Assembly (NCBI GenBank): GCA_963702095.1 | Contig: OY969706.1 | Location: 1,344,001-1,408,000 of the forward strand | Reading direction: 5' to 3' | Source: Candidatus Bathyarchaeota archaeon | Lineage (GTDB): Archaea > Thermoproteota > Bathyarchaeia > Bathyarchaeales > Bathycorpusculaceae | Length of the DNA: 64,000 bases | Part shown: positions 50,610 to 60,919 of the stretch, in pieces | How positions within the stretch are numbered: the stretch's first letter is position 1 | Layout: every line of letters begins with the position of its first letter | The notes under the pieces: model-generated | The model's input: only the letters and a program-made list of their open reading frames with translations | What the model was told of the DNA's origin: nothing | Database searches by the model: none | Translations under genes and position numbers: made by a program

Positions 50610-51059
50610 TCATGCCTTATCCATTTGGGCTACAATCTTTTTTGCCCATTCCGAGGCCGCTTTAACATCGTCGTTGTTGGGTCTACCTCTTCGTAGAAGC
50701 TTCCAGCCGCCATAACATGCAAAGTATTCATTCAAGACCTTATGCCCTTTGGCTTCTAAGATCGATTGTAGTTTCGCCTTAACCTGTTGGTTGGTTCTGC
50801 CGGCGCCGCCCCACGTGAGAAATAACACAAATTGTTTAGGCTCTTTGAGGTTGAGGGCAGTGAGGTATTTTTCGAAGTCTTGGTTGGGGCTTCCTGCATA
50901 GATCCCTGTTCCAGCAAAAATCACGTCAAAATCTTCAAGGGGAACTATGGTTGAGTCTAGACTTACGCTATAGGCTTTTGCCCCTATTTGGGCGGCTATG
51001 GTGTCAGCGATTTTTTTGGTGTTACCGCTTTTTGAAGCATACAGAACAATTGGTTTCAT
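50610..51059 (-). CDS. Flavodoxin-like protein
   Basis: LYASKSGNTKKIA, DVIFAGTGIY, GRPN.DD. Confidence 0.9.
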   Translation of the reverse strand: MKPIVLYASKSGNTKKIADTIAAQIGAKAYSVSLDSTIVPLEDFDVIFAGTGIYAGSPNQDFEKYLTALNLKEPKQFVLFLTWGGAGRTNQQVKAKLQSILEAKGHKVLNEYFACYGGWKLLRRGRPNNDDVKAASEWAKKIVAQMDKA

Positions 51060-51192
51060 GGTTATCGCCTATCTTGTTGGAGTACGTTTGAGAATTTAAG
51101 GTTTCGGAGCCTCAGAAAATACTTTATAGCCACATCACTTTAACGCTTAAACGTTAATTTGCACGTGCAATTATCATCATAGGCGCCGCATG

Positions 51193-51507
51193 TTACCAGT
51201 ATTTTTCGTTTTTTGACTCTTTTAGCCAGAACTCCGGATCATAGACATCGATGATTTCCACATCAACGATGTTGGCCGGGTTAGTTATTGCCGCGCGGAA
51301 TTTAGTTGGAAGATCAGGTTTTGAGAGGAGCTCCATGCGTGAAGCTTCCAATGCGTCGGCTATTTTCTCGGTGTTCTTGTTAGCGTAGCCTTGGTACTTG
51401 ACGCTTTTGCCTTCTCTTATGGCTCTGTCGAAACCGTCTTTGGTGACCTGAATTAGTTTGTCGCCTTCTCGGACAAACCAGAATGGACCACATGGATTCT
51501 TAGGCAT
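51193..51507 (-). CDS. Hypothetical protein
   Basis: 104 aa ATG ORF with protein-like composition and upstream TTTTAAA box. Confidence 0.7.
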   Translation of the reverse strand: MPKNPCGPFWFVREGDKLIQVTKDGFDRAIREGKSVKYQGYANKNTEKIADALEASRMELLSKPDLPTKFRAAITNPANIVDVEIIDVYDPEFWLKESKNEKYW

Positions 51508-52304
51508 AATAACCGTAGCATATCGCTTTAAAAGTGTTAATTAACGTTGTCCCAAAATCTGGTTTAGCGCCTCAGAATTTGTTCCTGTAATCATTTTTGG
51601 GAGCTAACCTCAATCATACTAACGTGAATTTTCTTCATCGGCAAACTATAGTTAGTTGGGGTTGGATAAAACCCTTCCAAAAGTATGTGCCTATTAGATT
51701 TGTTTGTTTTTTCCTGTATTGGCGGATAATTTGGAGAGCCCTAACTCTTCCTGAGAACTCGGCGGCTGCGTCTGTTTTGACGTTAGCTGCCTTCTGGCGG
51801 TTAACCATTTAACACGTATAAGCCATTTTAAGTCACATATCAGGGGTTGCTGGGTAAAGGCTTTCATGGACTCCGCTTAAAAGTTGGCTGTCCGGGTGGT
51901 CAACGTTTAGGTGGTTTTAGTAGAATTGCCTGAAGTAGAATGCTCTGCTGCATATTGGCATTCAAACTTGCCCTGTAAAGTCTTTTGGTTATAGGTCAAT
52001 TTTAGTTCTATTATTTGCCAAAAAGATGTGTCTCCAAAAAACAGCTTTACAATGGTTGATGGACATGTACCTTAAAGATATTGAATGAAAAAAAAATAAA
52101 TGTCAATTAAGGCTCAAGCAGGCTTAGGCTAGTTTAGCTAGTCTGTGTTTTGCTTCCTTTTGCTTTTTTTGCCTTTCTTTTTTCGTCTTTCTGTTTCTTA
52201 GTTAATGGTTTCCCTTGTTTGCTAGGCATTGATATTCATCTATTAGAGATTTATCCCTGTTATGCTTTAATATCTTTCGAAAGATACAGGCTAATAAGCG
52301 GTTT

Positions 52305-52649
52305 TTAGGTGTATTCCCTAAAGGTATGACCACATTTTGTGCATCGCATAAACTGTGTTGACGCTTCATCGCCGCCTCTGGTCTGCACTTGCCAAACATA
52401 GACTTCCATGTGGCCGCATTTCTCGCACATCTTTTTGATTTTGGTCATGGTGTTAACTTCGTCGGATTGAGCGATTACGGTCATGAAAGGTTTGGGTTTA
52501 GGCTGCAATACGGCGCCTGTTCTTGCTTCGACTTTTCTGTCTAAGGGTTGCTTGGTAAAGTTGCATTTTGCACAGCAGAGCACGAAGGCGTTGCCTTCGC
52601 CGGTTTTTTTGGGTTCAAGACGTGAACCACAATTGGGACAAAATTCCAT
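52305..52649 (-). CDS. tfs: Transcription factor S
   Basis: MEFCPNCGS...CAKC; C-terminal CEKC...QTRGGDE...CTKC..FREY. Confidence 0.93.
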   Translation of the reverse strand: MEFCPNCGSRLEPKKTGEGNAFVLCCAKCNFTKQPLDRKVEARTGAVLQPKPKPFMTVIAQSDEVNTMTKIKKMCEKCGHMEVYVWQVQTRGGDEASTQFMRCTKCGHTFREYT

Positions 52650-52773
52650 AACTGATAAATCCCTCTCTTTAGTTCAGCATATGTAGATCAAATGAGATAT
52701 AAGAGGATTATTTCAAAGGAATCAAGGATTCAGGGAAAGTTTCGGCAAAGCTAATTAAAATGCAATAAAACAT

Positions 52774-53442
52774 TTGGCTGTGGAATCAGCGTTGGAAAAA
52801 AAACCTGACGTTCAAAGCGAATGGCAAACAAAGAAACATGCACTCAAATACTTATCTAGAGCGCATAAGCTGCCGCATAGAGGTGAAGGCGAAAGAGTGC
52901 TTTTAGAACAGATACCCCCGGATGCTGAGCGGGTTTTGGATTTAGGTGCTGGCGACGGCAGATTGCTTTCGCTTGTATTGGCAAGTAATCCCTCGATCAA
53001 GGAGGGTGTGGCTCTGGATTTCTCTGACCCCATGATAACCCGAGCTCAAAGCCGGTTTCAAGGCGACACCCGAGTCAGAATTGTTAAGCATGACTTTAGC
53101 CTGCCGTTTCCAAGTGACTTGGGCTGCTTTGACGCCATCGTTTCAAGTTTAGCCATACACCACTTAACCCACGAAAGAAAGAGACAACTCTACACTGAAT
53201 TTTTTAGCCATCTGAACCGCGGCGGCGTCTTCTGCAATTTGGAGCATGTTTCTTCGCCTACTGAGCGATTGCATCGTAGGTTTTTTTCGGCGATTGGGCA
53301 GTTGCCCGAAAAAGAGGATCCGTCAAACAAGCTTTTGGATGTGGAGACGCAACTGTGTTGGCTGAGGGAAATCAGGTTTGTGGATGTTGATTGTTACTGG
53401 AAATGGCTCGAGCTGGCTCTTTTAGTTGGGGTTAAGCCCTGA
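52774..53442 (+). CDS. Class I SAM-dependent methyltransferase
   Basis: VLDLGAGDG, LDFS, SSLAIHHL, GGVFCNLE. Confidence 0.92.
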   Translation: MAVESALEKKPDVQSEWQTKKHALKYLSRAHKLPHRGEGERVLLEQIPPDAERVLDLGAGDGRLLSLVLASNPSIKEGVALDFSDPMITRAQSRFQGDTRVRIVKHDFSLPFPSDLGCFDAIVSSLAIHHLTHERKRQLYTEFFSHLNRGGVFCNLEHVSSPTERLHRRFFSAIGQLPEKEDPSNKLLDVETQLCWLREIRFVDVDCYWKWLELALLVGVKP

Positions 53443-53540
53443 TTTTCTTGGGGCGTTTTTTGGCTTGAGCTTTGTTGGTTGATGGAAAGTATTAATAACT
53501 TGTTATTCGAAAACAGAGTAACCGAGGAGTTAAAAAAGGC

Positions 53541-54053
53541 ATGACAACATCGGATCAAATTAACTGGACAAACTGGATCTACCGTTTAATCGCCCTTATA
53601 ATCGACAGCATCATCGCCTACATACCTGCATGGATAATCTACGCATTTTTAATTTCGCCGCTTCTATGGACCACAACCAGTTTCTACGGAGTCACCTATG
53701 TCGCCGCGCCGTTGTGGGGTGCAGTACTGCTCTCGCCCCTAATCTATGGCATTATCCTAGTGCCTTATAGTGCAATCTTGGAATTGACTTGGAACGGCCA
53801 AACCGTAGGCAAACGAATAATGGGCTTGCAAGTTCGCACCACAAACGGAGGCGCCAGAACATTCGGCACAGAATTCATCCGCAACCTCTCGAAAATCTAT
53901 TGGCTGCTACTGCTCCTAGATTGGCTTCTTGCGATAATCTCGACAAGCAAACAACAAAAGTACACCGACCGCATGGCAAACACCATCGTTCTCCCAATTA
54001 GGCAAGCACAAACATCTCCGCCGCCCCCACCGCCGCCTCCACCACCAACCTAA
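53541..54053 (+). CDS. RDD family membrane protein
   Basis: RLIALIID, GQTVGKRIMGLQV, RN, DRMANT; poly-Pro tail. Confidence 0.9.
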   Translation: MTTSDQINWTNWIYRLIALIIDSIIAYIPAWIIYAFLISPLLWTTTSFYGVTYVAAPLWGAVLLSPLIYGIILVPYSAILELTWNGQTVGKRIMGLQVRTTNGGARTFGTEFIRNLSKIYWLLLLLDWLLAIISTSKQQKYTDRMANTIVLPIRQAQTSPPPPPPPPPPT

Positions 54054-54087
54054 AACAAACCTCTCTTCTTTTTTCTTCAACTGCACC

Positions 54088-55617
54088 TTATTTTCGATGT
54101 TTTTTCAACACTATAGCCGATAATAAAGTCGCCGCTGTCATCAGTGAAGCAATTATGGTGATTTCAAATATCATACCAGTTGTTACGTCGTTTGTCTTTA
54201 TGGGGTTTGTGGGTATGGGTGTTGGTTGGGTGGGGTTTGGCGTAGGAGGCTGGATTGAAGGTGTTGGGGTTGGGGTTGCTGTGGGTTTTGGTGTATGTGT
54301 TGGGGCGGGGTTGTTGGATAGGGGTATTGAGGTGGCTTGGGGGGTAGGGGTTACTGGTGTAGTGGGGGTGGGTGTTTCTGTGGGGGTAGGGGTTGGTGTG
54401 GGCGGTGTTTGTGTCGGTTGGGGCGTTGGCGATGGGGTAGGGGTGGGGGTTGGAGTTGGGGCAGGTGTAGGAGAAGGCGTTGGCGTAGGCGAGGGCGTTG
54501 GAGGGGGTGGAAGCGGCGGCCCATCTTTTATCAAGTATGGGTAACCGGTTGTTAATGTGGCAAAAACTACGCCGCTGCGCGGATGCACGGTAAACATGTT
54601 CCAGCGGTCATCCGACGATCCAATGCTAAGAGCAGCCAAAACCCTCCATGTTAACCCGTCGGCGCTGGCAACAGTTCGGGTTACGCCATTCTCTGATTCT
54701 GCACAGTTCCCAAAAACCAAGGTGCCGTTGAATAGTATCCCGGACATAAAAGGCATGCAGCCATCGCTGGGCGGAGTATACACGACTTGAGGAGTCACCG
54801 TGCCGGCGCGTCCATCGTCTAAGAAGCGGTGGATTTGGCAAACCCTGTTCGGGTAATCTTGACCCACATAAACGTAGTTACCTACAAACGCCATGCCTAA
54901 GTAAACAGTGCCCAACGCGTCGTTTCGATCTACTAGGAGACTCCATGTGGCGCCGTAGTCTTTGCTGCGGAAGATTCTGGCGGCATCCAGATAATTGGTG
55001 ACTGGGCTGGGTTCTCCAGTGACCAGATAGAGGTAGCCGTTGGAAGGGTTAAATCGGATATTGTGGAAATGGACAACATTGAAGTTGCCGATTTTAACCC
55101 AGGATGCGCCGCCGTTACTGCTTTTTAGCACTATGGGCACAGCATAGCCGCTTGTGTAAGTGACTGTGTAGAGGCTGCCTTGGTTGTCCTCGGTCATTGA
55201 GATATAGAAGGATTCGCTGCGGGTTCCGTTTGTGTTAAGGACCTGCGAGAAGTTGGCGCCGCCGTTGGTGGAGCGGTAGAGAGCGTTAGTGCCGCCTGCG
55301 CTGACAAATATGTAGCCTCTGGAGTCAACAAACACGTTCCAAACTAAACCTGAGTATGGGCTGCTGGGGTCTAAGGCGCCGGGTATGCGGTAAACGGATT
55401 GGAAAGTTGCGCCGTTATCGGTGCTTTTCCACAGCGTGAAGCTTTTGTCCCCTGCCCAGATGACTCCGTTGCCGTCAACGTCGTTACCGACGAAGCTAAG
55501 CGTTGTTCCCACGGTTGCTATTTGGATTTCCGCCTCAGCAGACGACATATTAGAAAAGAGAAAACATGAACCTAAAATTAGAACAGCTAAAAAAGCGTAA
55601 CCCGTCTTTTTATCCAT
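54088..55617 (-). CDS. Secreted BNR/Asp-box beta-propeller protein with Pro/Thr stalk and C-terminal anchor
   Basis: Asp boxes [39 protein letters not shown]; ~105-aa PT linker. Confidence 0.88.
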   Translation of the reverse strand: MDKKTGYAFLAVLILGSCFLFSNMSSAEAEIQIATVGTTLSFVGNDVDGNGVIWAGDKSFTLWKSTDNGATFQSVYRIPGALDPSSPYSGLVWNVFVDSRGYIFVSAGGTNALYRSTNGGANFSQVLNTNGTRSESFYISMTEDNQGSLYTVTYTSGYAVPIVLKSSNGGASWVKIGNFNVVHFHNIRFNPSNGYLYLVTGEPSPVTNYLDAARIFRSKDYGATWSLLVDRNDALGTVYLGMAFVGNYVYVGQDYPNRVCQIHRFLDDGRAGTVTPQVVYTPPSDGCMPFMSGILFNGTLVFGNCAESENGVTRTVASADGLTWRVLAALSIGSSDDRWNMFTVHPRSGVVFATLTTGYPYLIKDGPPLPPPPTPSPTPTPSPTPAPTPTPTPTPSPTPQPTQTPPTPTPTPTETPTPTTPVTPTPQATSIPLSNNPAPTHTPKPTATPTPTPSIQPPTPNPTQPTPIPTNPIKTNDVTTGMIFEITIIASLMTAATLLSAIVLKKHRK

Positions 55618-55777
55618 AAACCAACACTCGATTTCTAATAAAAACATCGCCAACTATGCTGCAAGCAATAGATTTGCGCAATAGCAAAAAAGCTACTAGT
55701 AGAGTGCTTTTTGAAACTTATAAAAATGCTTTTAGGGCACCCATTCGATGCCTCAAACAACTAAGCCGTGGGTGATT

Positions 55778-56104
55778 TTACTTGAAGGTTTCAAGCCACT
55801 TTTCCAGTTGAGTGGCGTTTAAACCCAAGCCTAGTTTTCCGTCAAGGCGTTTTTGGACTTTGCCGTCTTTGAAGCAAATGATTGTGGGAACTGCGGAGAT
55901 GCCGTATTGGTCCCAGAGGGGGTTGTCATCGTCGTCTACGACTACGTGAAGAACGGTTCCAACGTTTATGGATGATATTTTTTGGTCGAAGACTGGGACA
56001 AAACGGTTGCAGTAGGGGCACCATGAAGAATAAAATATCGCCATAACCTCAGAGTTCTGTGCGAGTTCGGCGTCGAGTTCTTTTTTACTGCTGATTTTGT
56101 TCAT
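55778..56104 (-). CDS. Thioredoxin
   Basis: FYSSWCPYC, YGISAVPTIICFKDG. Confidence 0.92.
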   Translation of the reverse strand: MNKISSKKELDAELAQNSEVMAIFYSSWCPYCNRFVPVFDQKISSINVGTVLHVVVDDDDNPLWDQYGISAVPTIICFKDGKVQKRLDGKLGLGLNATQLEKWLETFK

Positions 56105-56206
56105 CGGTATCCTTCTGTTTAATCGGTTTTGTGTTTCATAAACATGCCGACCCAAAAACGCAGGGGAAGCTACAACTAAAATACTCCCCGCCCCAACAAT
56201 AATGCG

Positions 56207-56926
56207 ATGAAACCAAAAAGCTACAGACGCGGCTACCCAGTCGCGATTTTAATCGGCGTAGAAATGGACCACGCGGCAATCTGGCAAATCTACAGCCAAG
56301 TCGCCAAATCCCAACAAACTATACTCCTAACCGGCGGCAGACGTGAGCAGAAAGCACTCTACAACTTCCACGAAAACATCGTAAACGCGCTTCGACCCAA
56401 CTTCAAAGAAGGCGTAAGAAGCATCGTTGTAGCTTCGCCGCCAAGAACCCCCTACGCAGAAGACCTCAAAAACCACATAGTAGCCCACCACAACTGGCTT
56501 CTCTCAGGCTCCAACCGCGCCACCATCTCCTTGATTGTGGGCTCCGCAAGTTCGCCGCCCCAAGTAGCTGCCTTAACCCAGAAAGCCGAGTTCAAAAAGC
56601 TTATTGAGGCGAACGCGCAACAGGAAACCGAGGACCTTCTTGAAATTCTCGAAAAACGCCTCACCACAACGGAGCTCGTGCATTTCTCGCTGCAGGAAGC
56701 CGAAAACCTCATCTTAAACACGCAGCCACCGGGAAAACCCCAACCCGAATACCTCCTCCTAACAAACACTTACCTCGCGAGCGCTCGCCAAAAAAACCGC
56801 GTCCACCGCCTGATGCAGATTGCACAAAACAAACAGGTTAAAACACGTGTAATCGACGCTGAATCCAACGCTGGAGCCCGCTTAACCCAGTTGGGCGGCA
56901 TTGTATGTTTAACAAAAAGGGCGTAA
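56207..56926 (+). CDS. Pelota/eRF1 domain 2-3-like protein lacking the N-terminal domain
   Basis: SIVVASP, EYLLLTNTYL, VIDAESNAGARLTQLGGIVC resemble the pelota C-terminus. Confidence 0.7.
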   Translation: MKPKSYRRGYPVAILIGVEMDHAAIWQIYSQVAKSQQTILLTGGRREQKALYNFHENIVNALRPNFKEGVRSIVVASPPRTPYAEDLKNHIVAHHNWLLSGSNRATISLIVGSASSPPQVAALTQKAEFKKLIEANAQQETEDLLEILEKRLTTTELVHFSLQEAENLILNTQPPGKPQPEYLLLTNTYLASARQKNRVHRLMQIAQNKQVKTRVIDAESNAGARLTQLGGIVCLTKRA

Positions 56927-57664
56927 TTAGAGGAAGCCTTCTTTTTTGAGGTCGGCGATGGAGATTTTACCACTGTGAAGCGCTGTGGCAACTAAGACGC
57001 CCTCAACCCCCAATGAGCGCAGCTCAACCAAATCATCCATACCTCGCACGCCGCCGCCCACGTAAACATCGACCATTGTCTCCTCAATCATCTCCTCAAT
57101 TAAAGCTGTATCAACGCCTAACCCGCTGCCTACCCGAGCCAAATCCAACACAATAACACCTTCAACGCCCATGTCCTCAAACTTCTGCACCAACGACAAA
57201 GGGTTGCCAGAGCCGTCAAAACCCTCCTTAGCGAGCAGTTTGCCGTTCTTCAAATCCAAACTGACGACGACGCTGTCGCCGCCAAAATGTTTCACGGCTT
57301 CTTCGACAAACGCCATGCTTTCTAGGGTTTCTGTGCCCACGATTAGCTTTGAAACGCCGCTGTCAAGCAGTTTTTGGGCGCGGTCTACGCTTGTTATGCC
57401 TGCGTCAACCATCAGCGTTTGCCCTGTTTGGGCGATTTGGTTGAGGGTGTTAAAGTCGTTTGTGCAGTCGATGATAGCATCTAAATCGGCGATGTATAAC
57501 TCGTTGAACCCCCAAGCGTGGAGGGCTTTGGCGACTTCCATGGGCTGGGTAGAATTGACTAAGCTACTTTGCAGCGGTTTGTATTGGCTCCGTTCTCCCT
57601 TAACAGCGTGGACGACTAAGCCGTTTAGGATATCGATTACAGGTATGACCTTCAAGTCTGCCAC
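56927..57664 (-). CDS. HisA/HisF-related TIM-barrel protein (MJ0703/Orf17-like)
   Basis: VIPVIDILNGLVVHAVKGERSQYKP, LYIADLDAI, LDLARVGSG, VGGGVRG. Confidence 0.85.
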   Translation of the reverse strand: MADLKVIPVIDILNGLVVHAVKGERSQYKPLQSSLVNSTQPMEVAKALHAWGFNELYIADLDAIIDCTNDFNTLNQIAQTGQTLMVDAGITSVDRAQKLLDSGVSKLIVGTETLESMAFVEEAVKHFGGDSVVVSLDLKNGKLLAKEGFDGSGNPLSLVQKFEDMGVEGVIVLDLARVGSGLGVDTALIEEMIEETMVDVYVGGGVRGMDDLVELRSLGVEGVLVATALHSGKISIADLKKEGFL

Positions 57665-58502
57665 AACATTAGTAGATGCCTATGGGTACAAAAACCTAGC
57701 CGTTTTGTTTTGCTCGGATTGTTCACATTTCTAGGTGATGCGTTAGAAAAGTCAGGGTCTAAGTAGGATTACAACTGCATGCTTTCCATAGAATTGATAC
57801 TGATGTCGCTGTCACAGCCTTAGGCAAAGTAGATTTAGGCGGCATCTACCCTACTTATTATTGCCTTTAAATTAACCCTTGTGAATGGGTGTCTTTTACA
57901 TACGGAAAGAGGAGTCTTCAGGAAAAAGCATTAAGCTATTAAACGCTGTAATTGGTCTTTGGCGATCAATATACTTGACAAGATTAAGAGTAACCTTGAG
58001 GGCGCATTGAATACTCATAAGGGCGCTTCTATTTCAACGACTGAAAAAATGTAGTCTAAATGTTTAACAGACCTTTTGGTTGCTCGCTTCCAGTTTTTTA
58101 CCTATATGGTTTTTTTCTAATTTTGAAAAGGAATATAACAGTAAAAGGGTCAAAACCCACACCTTTCAGCTTTGACTTCTGCTGGCTGTGTTTGTCTTTT
58201 TTGCTTGGTTTTTTGTTTGCGGAGATTCTTTATAGGGGTTGGGATGTTGGGTGCTTGGATGTTGAGATATGGCTTGATTTTAGCGTATGGGCCATGCCTA
58301 GTGCCGACCTCATTGTGCTGTTCATTTGTCTTCTGTTGTTTGCAAACAAATTCAGGACATTACAAAACATATTTGGATCCAAATAGCATATCTATGCAGA
58401 AACCTATAGAGGGGTCTATCTGACGATAAAAACCACAGAGAGGTAGGTCCTATTGGTGGAAAAAGCAGCCATTAAATGTTGAAAAATCCCGCTTTTAAAC
58501 AA

Positions 58503-58529
58503 GGAGGTAGCGGCAGAGCAACAGACGCC
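58503..58529 (-). repeat. Dispersed repeat TGCTCTGCCGCTACCTCC, copy 2
   Basis: Reverse complement GGCGTCTGTTGCTCTGCCGCTACCTCC vs 25340-25366. Confidence 0.8.
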
Positions 58530-58687
58530 TTTCTTTTGGGATGGGTACCTTGCAAAGTGAAGGGGTCTTATCCGAGTACGTGAATGTATAGTTTGACTTT
58601 TGCAGGCTTTTACTATCCCGCTTTCGTCAACTGAACAGTAAAATTGCCAAAACCAATAATTACCCCGCTTGCTCCAAGACTCTACTT

Positions 58688-59269
58688 ATGAAACAGGTTA
58701 TCCTCATCACAGGCACACCCTGCGTCGGCAAAACCACCACCGCCAAAGCCCTAGCCGAAAAACTCAGCGCAGAATATATCAACCTCACCGACTACGCCAA
58801 AACCAACCATTTAACGTTGGGCGAGGACAAAGAACGCCACACCACCATAATCGACGAGATTGCAATGCGCCAAAAACTCTGTGAATCCATAGCCGCCAGC
58901 AGCAAAGACGCCGTCATAATCGACGGACACTACGCAGCCGCCGTCACCCCCACCGAACTTGTCACGCAGGTGTTTGTACTGAGGCGGAACCCCATTGAGC
59001 TCAAACAGCAAATGGTAAACTGCGGATTTAGCCCCTCAAAAACCGACGAAAACCTCACCGCAGAAATCCTCGACAGCTGCCTAATCGAAGCCATCGAAAA
59101 CCAGGAAGGAAAAGTCTGTGAACTCGACGTTTCAGGGCAAACAACCGAAGACATTGTGGATGTGCTGCTGGATGTACTCAGAAATGGGCGCAAATGCTAC
59201 AGTGGCTTTGTGGATTGGCTCGGAATGCTGGAGCGGGAAGGATTAACTGACCAGTACCTCAAGGTTTAG
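58688..59269 (+). CDS. Atypical adenylate kinase (AK6/Fap7 family)
   Basis: ILITGTPCVGKTT, IIDGH, FVLR, EN..AEILD. Confidence 0.9.
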   Translation: MKQVILITGTPCVGKTTTAKALAEKLSAEYINLTDYAKTNHLTLGEDKERHTTIIDEIAMRQKLCESIAASSKDAVIIDGHYAAAVTPTELVTQVFVLRRNPIELKQQMVNCGFSPSKTDENLTAEILDSCLIEAIENQEGKVCELDVSGQTTEDIVDVLLDVLRNGRKCYSGFVDWLGMLEREGLTDQYLKV

Positions 59270-59622
59270 CGGAAGCTGCCAAGTTTCTGTTTTGTAAGCA
59301 GGTTGATTTTTCGGCGGTTGCTGTAGCTTTTGGCGTGGTCACTGAATTTATCGCCGATCATGATGGGGCTGGATAGGTCTACGTCGTCGGAGGCAGTGTC
59401 GAGGTTTATGATGACGTTGACGCCGATAGTTCGGTTCCAATCGCGGACCCAAACGCCCTGCTCCAATCTGCCCTTCTGCACGATCAAGTCGAAGCGACGC
59501 ATGACGCCACTGTGCCCCTCCATTATGACGTTTTCAGCGTTAACTTTGTAGCCTTCCTTTTTGAAGTACCCAATCGCCAAATCAACCAGATGCGACCTTG
59601 GCTTAGACTCTTCTGTGCTCAT
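59266..59622 (-). CDS. Small restriction-endonuclease-like (Mrr_cat-like) protein
   Basis: GY, GHSG...FDLIV, FSDHAKSY...INLL; VWVR in place of ExK. Confidence 0.7.
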   Translation of the reverse strand: MSTEESKPRSHLVDLAIGYFKKEGYKVNAENVIMEGHSGVMRRFDLIVQKGRLEQGVWVRDWNRTIGVNVIINLDTASDDVDLSSPIMIGDKFSDHAKSYSNRRKINLLTKQKLGSFR

Positions 59623-59697
59623 GCCCGCTCCCTTTTCTCCCTACCAACACTGTTATCTAACTGTGTGATGAAAAGCCTTTCGGAAGCAAACCCCAAA

Positions 59698-59904
59698 ATG
59701 ACTGCAACCCTCATCGTAAAATGCACTAAATGCGGCGGCTACATGCTATGCGCTAAAACCCAGAAAACAAAACGTTGCCCCTACTGCGGCGCAAACGTCA
59801 ACCTCCAAAAAGCCCAGCAGATGGCAGCGGCAAACACAGCGTTTGAAGCCTCAGAAATCCTAAAAAAACTCAAAAACGAAAAAGGCTTCGGCGACAAACC
59901 CTAG
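59698..59904 (+). CDS. DUF1922-like zinc-ribbon protein
   Basis: CTKCG...KTKRCPYCG; ATG at 59698. Confidence 0.8.
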   Translation: MTATLIVKCTKCGGYMLCAKTQKTKRCPYCGANVNLQKAQQMAAANTAFEASEILKKLKNEKGFGDKP

Positions 59905-60840
59905 CGGATTTGGCGTAGCATCTCACAGGTTTTACATAACTCACCCGACGAGGGCTCGCCGCATTCGGCGCAGGTTCGGAAAACCTCTTTTTTGGCGGTT
60001 TCCTCGATGGCGGGCCGCAGTTTCTCGATGGCGCGGGCGACGGTGAATTTGGTCCCAACATGTTTCTCTTCCATGCGGTTAAGCATTCCGCGGATGTCAT
60101 TGCGCAATGCTTCGCCAGCGTAGGGGCAGGGGGTGTCTTGGAAAGCGATTTTTTTAACATAAGCGTAGAGGGCGCTTTCACGCTCAGGGATTTCGCAGAA
60201 GGGCTTGATTTTCTGCACAAACAGTGGGTGAACTTCGCTTGTGACCGGTTTCTCTTTGGCGAGCCGTGCGATGTCTCCGCGGAGGATGTTCATGAGCACT
60301 GTTTGGGCTTCGTCGTCGAGTGTGCTGGCCGGTGGCGATTTTTGTGGCTTTAACCTGTCGTGCGCCGACGTTTATGGCTCTGCGCCGTAGAACCCCACAG
60401 TAAGCGCACGGCGTCAGTTCCGATAAGCCTTTTTCTCGTGCTTTAGCCACTATTTCATCTAGGGTGTAACCGTACAATTCCTTGAAAGAAACAACGTGAT
60501 GGGGCACCTCAAGCTTCTCGCACATGCCCGCGGCTATGGTGAGGGCTTCGTCACGGTAGCCTTTGACGCCTTCGTCCACTGTCACCGCGGTAAGGGTGGT
60601 TTGGGGACGATATTTTCGAAGTTTTGCAAGTATGTAGAGTATGCTTAGGCTGTCTTTGCCGCCGCTGACCGCCACTGCGAGGTGGTCGTTGAATTTGAGC
60701 ATGTGGTAGCGGGTGATGGTTGAGCGGACTTTTGCTTCGATGGAGGATGCGAAGCATTTTTTGCATAATCGCTCGCCTGAGTACTGCCTATAGAAAAATG
60801 CGACGTTTTGTTTACAGACTGAGCAAACCTGTGTGTCCAA
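59901..60840 (-). CDS. tRNA 2-thiolation protein (TtuA/Ncs6, TIGR00269-like), frameshift at ~60325
   Basis: CSVC...CKKCF, AVSGGKDS, CAYCGVLRR, ATGH-TLDDEAQ split by one extra base, CPY, C-terminal zinc finger. Confidence 0.92.
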
Positions 60841-60919
60841 CGTTTTTCACAGAGTACTGTGTGGCGTGTTAAAGTAAATAAACGATGCCACAGTAACTGT
60901 TGATTTGGCTGGCATAAAG

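Noticed and set aside
52305-52649. TFS as an inhibitory paralog
   Set aside because: The catalytic acidic DE pair is retained (QTRGGDE)
54200-54520. G/T-rich low-complexity tract and Gly/Val-rich ORF 54155-54544 (+)
   Set aside because: Antisense shadow of the Pro/Thr linker of the minus-strand propeller protein
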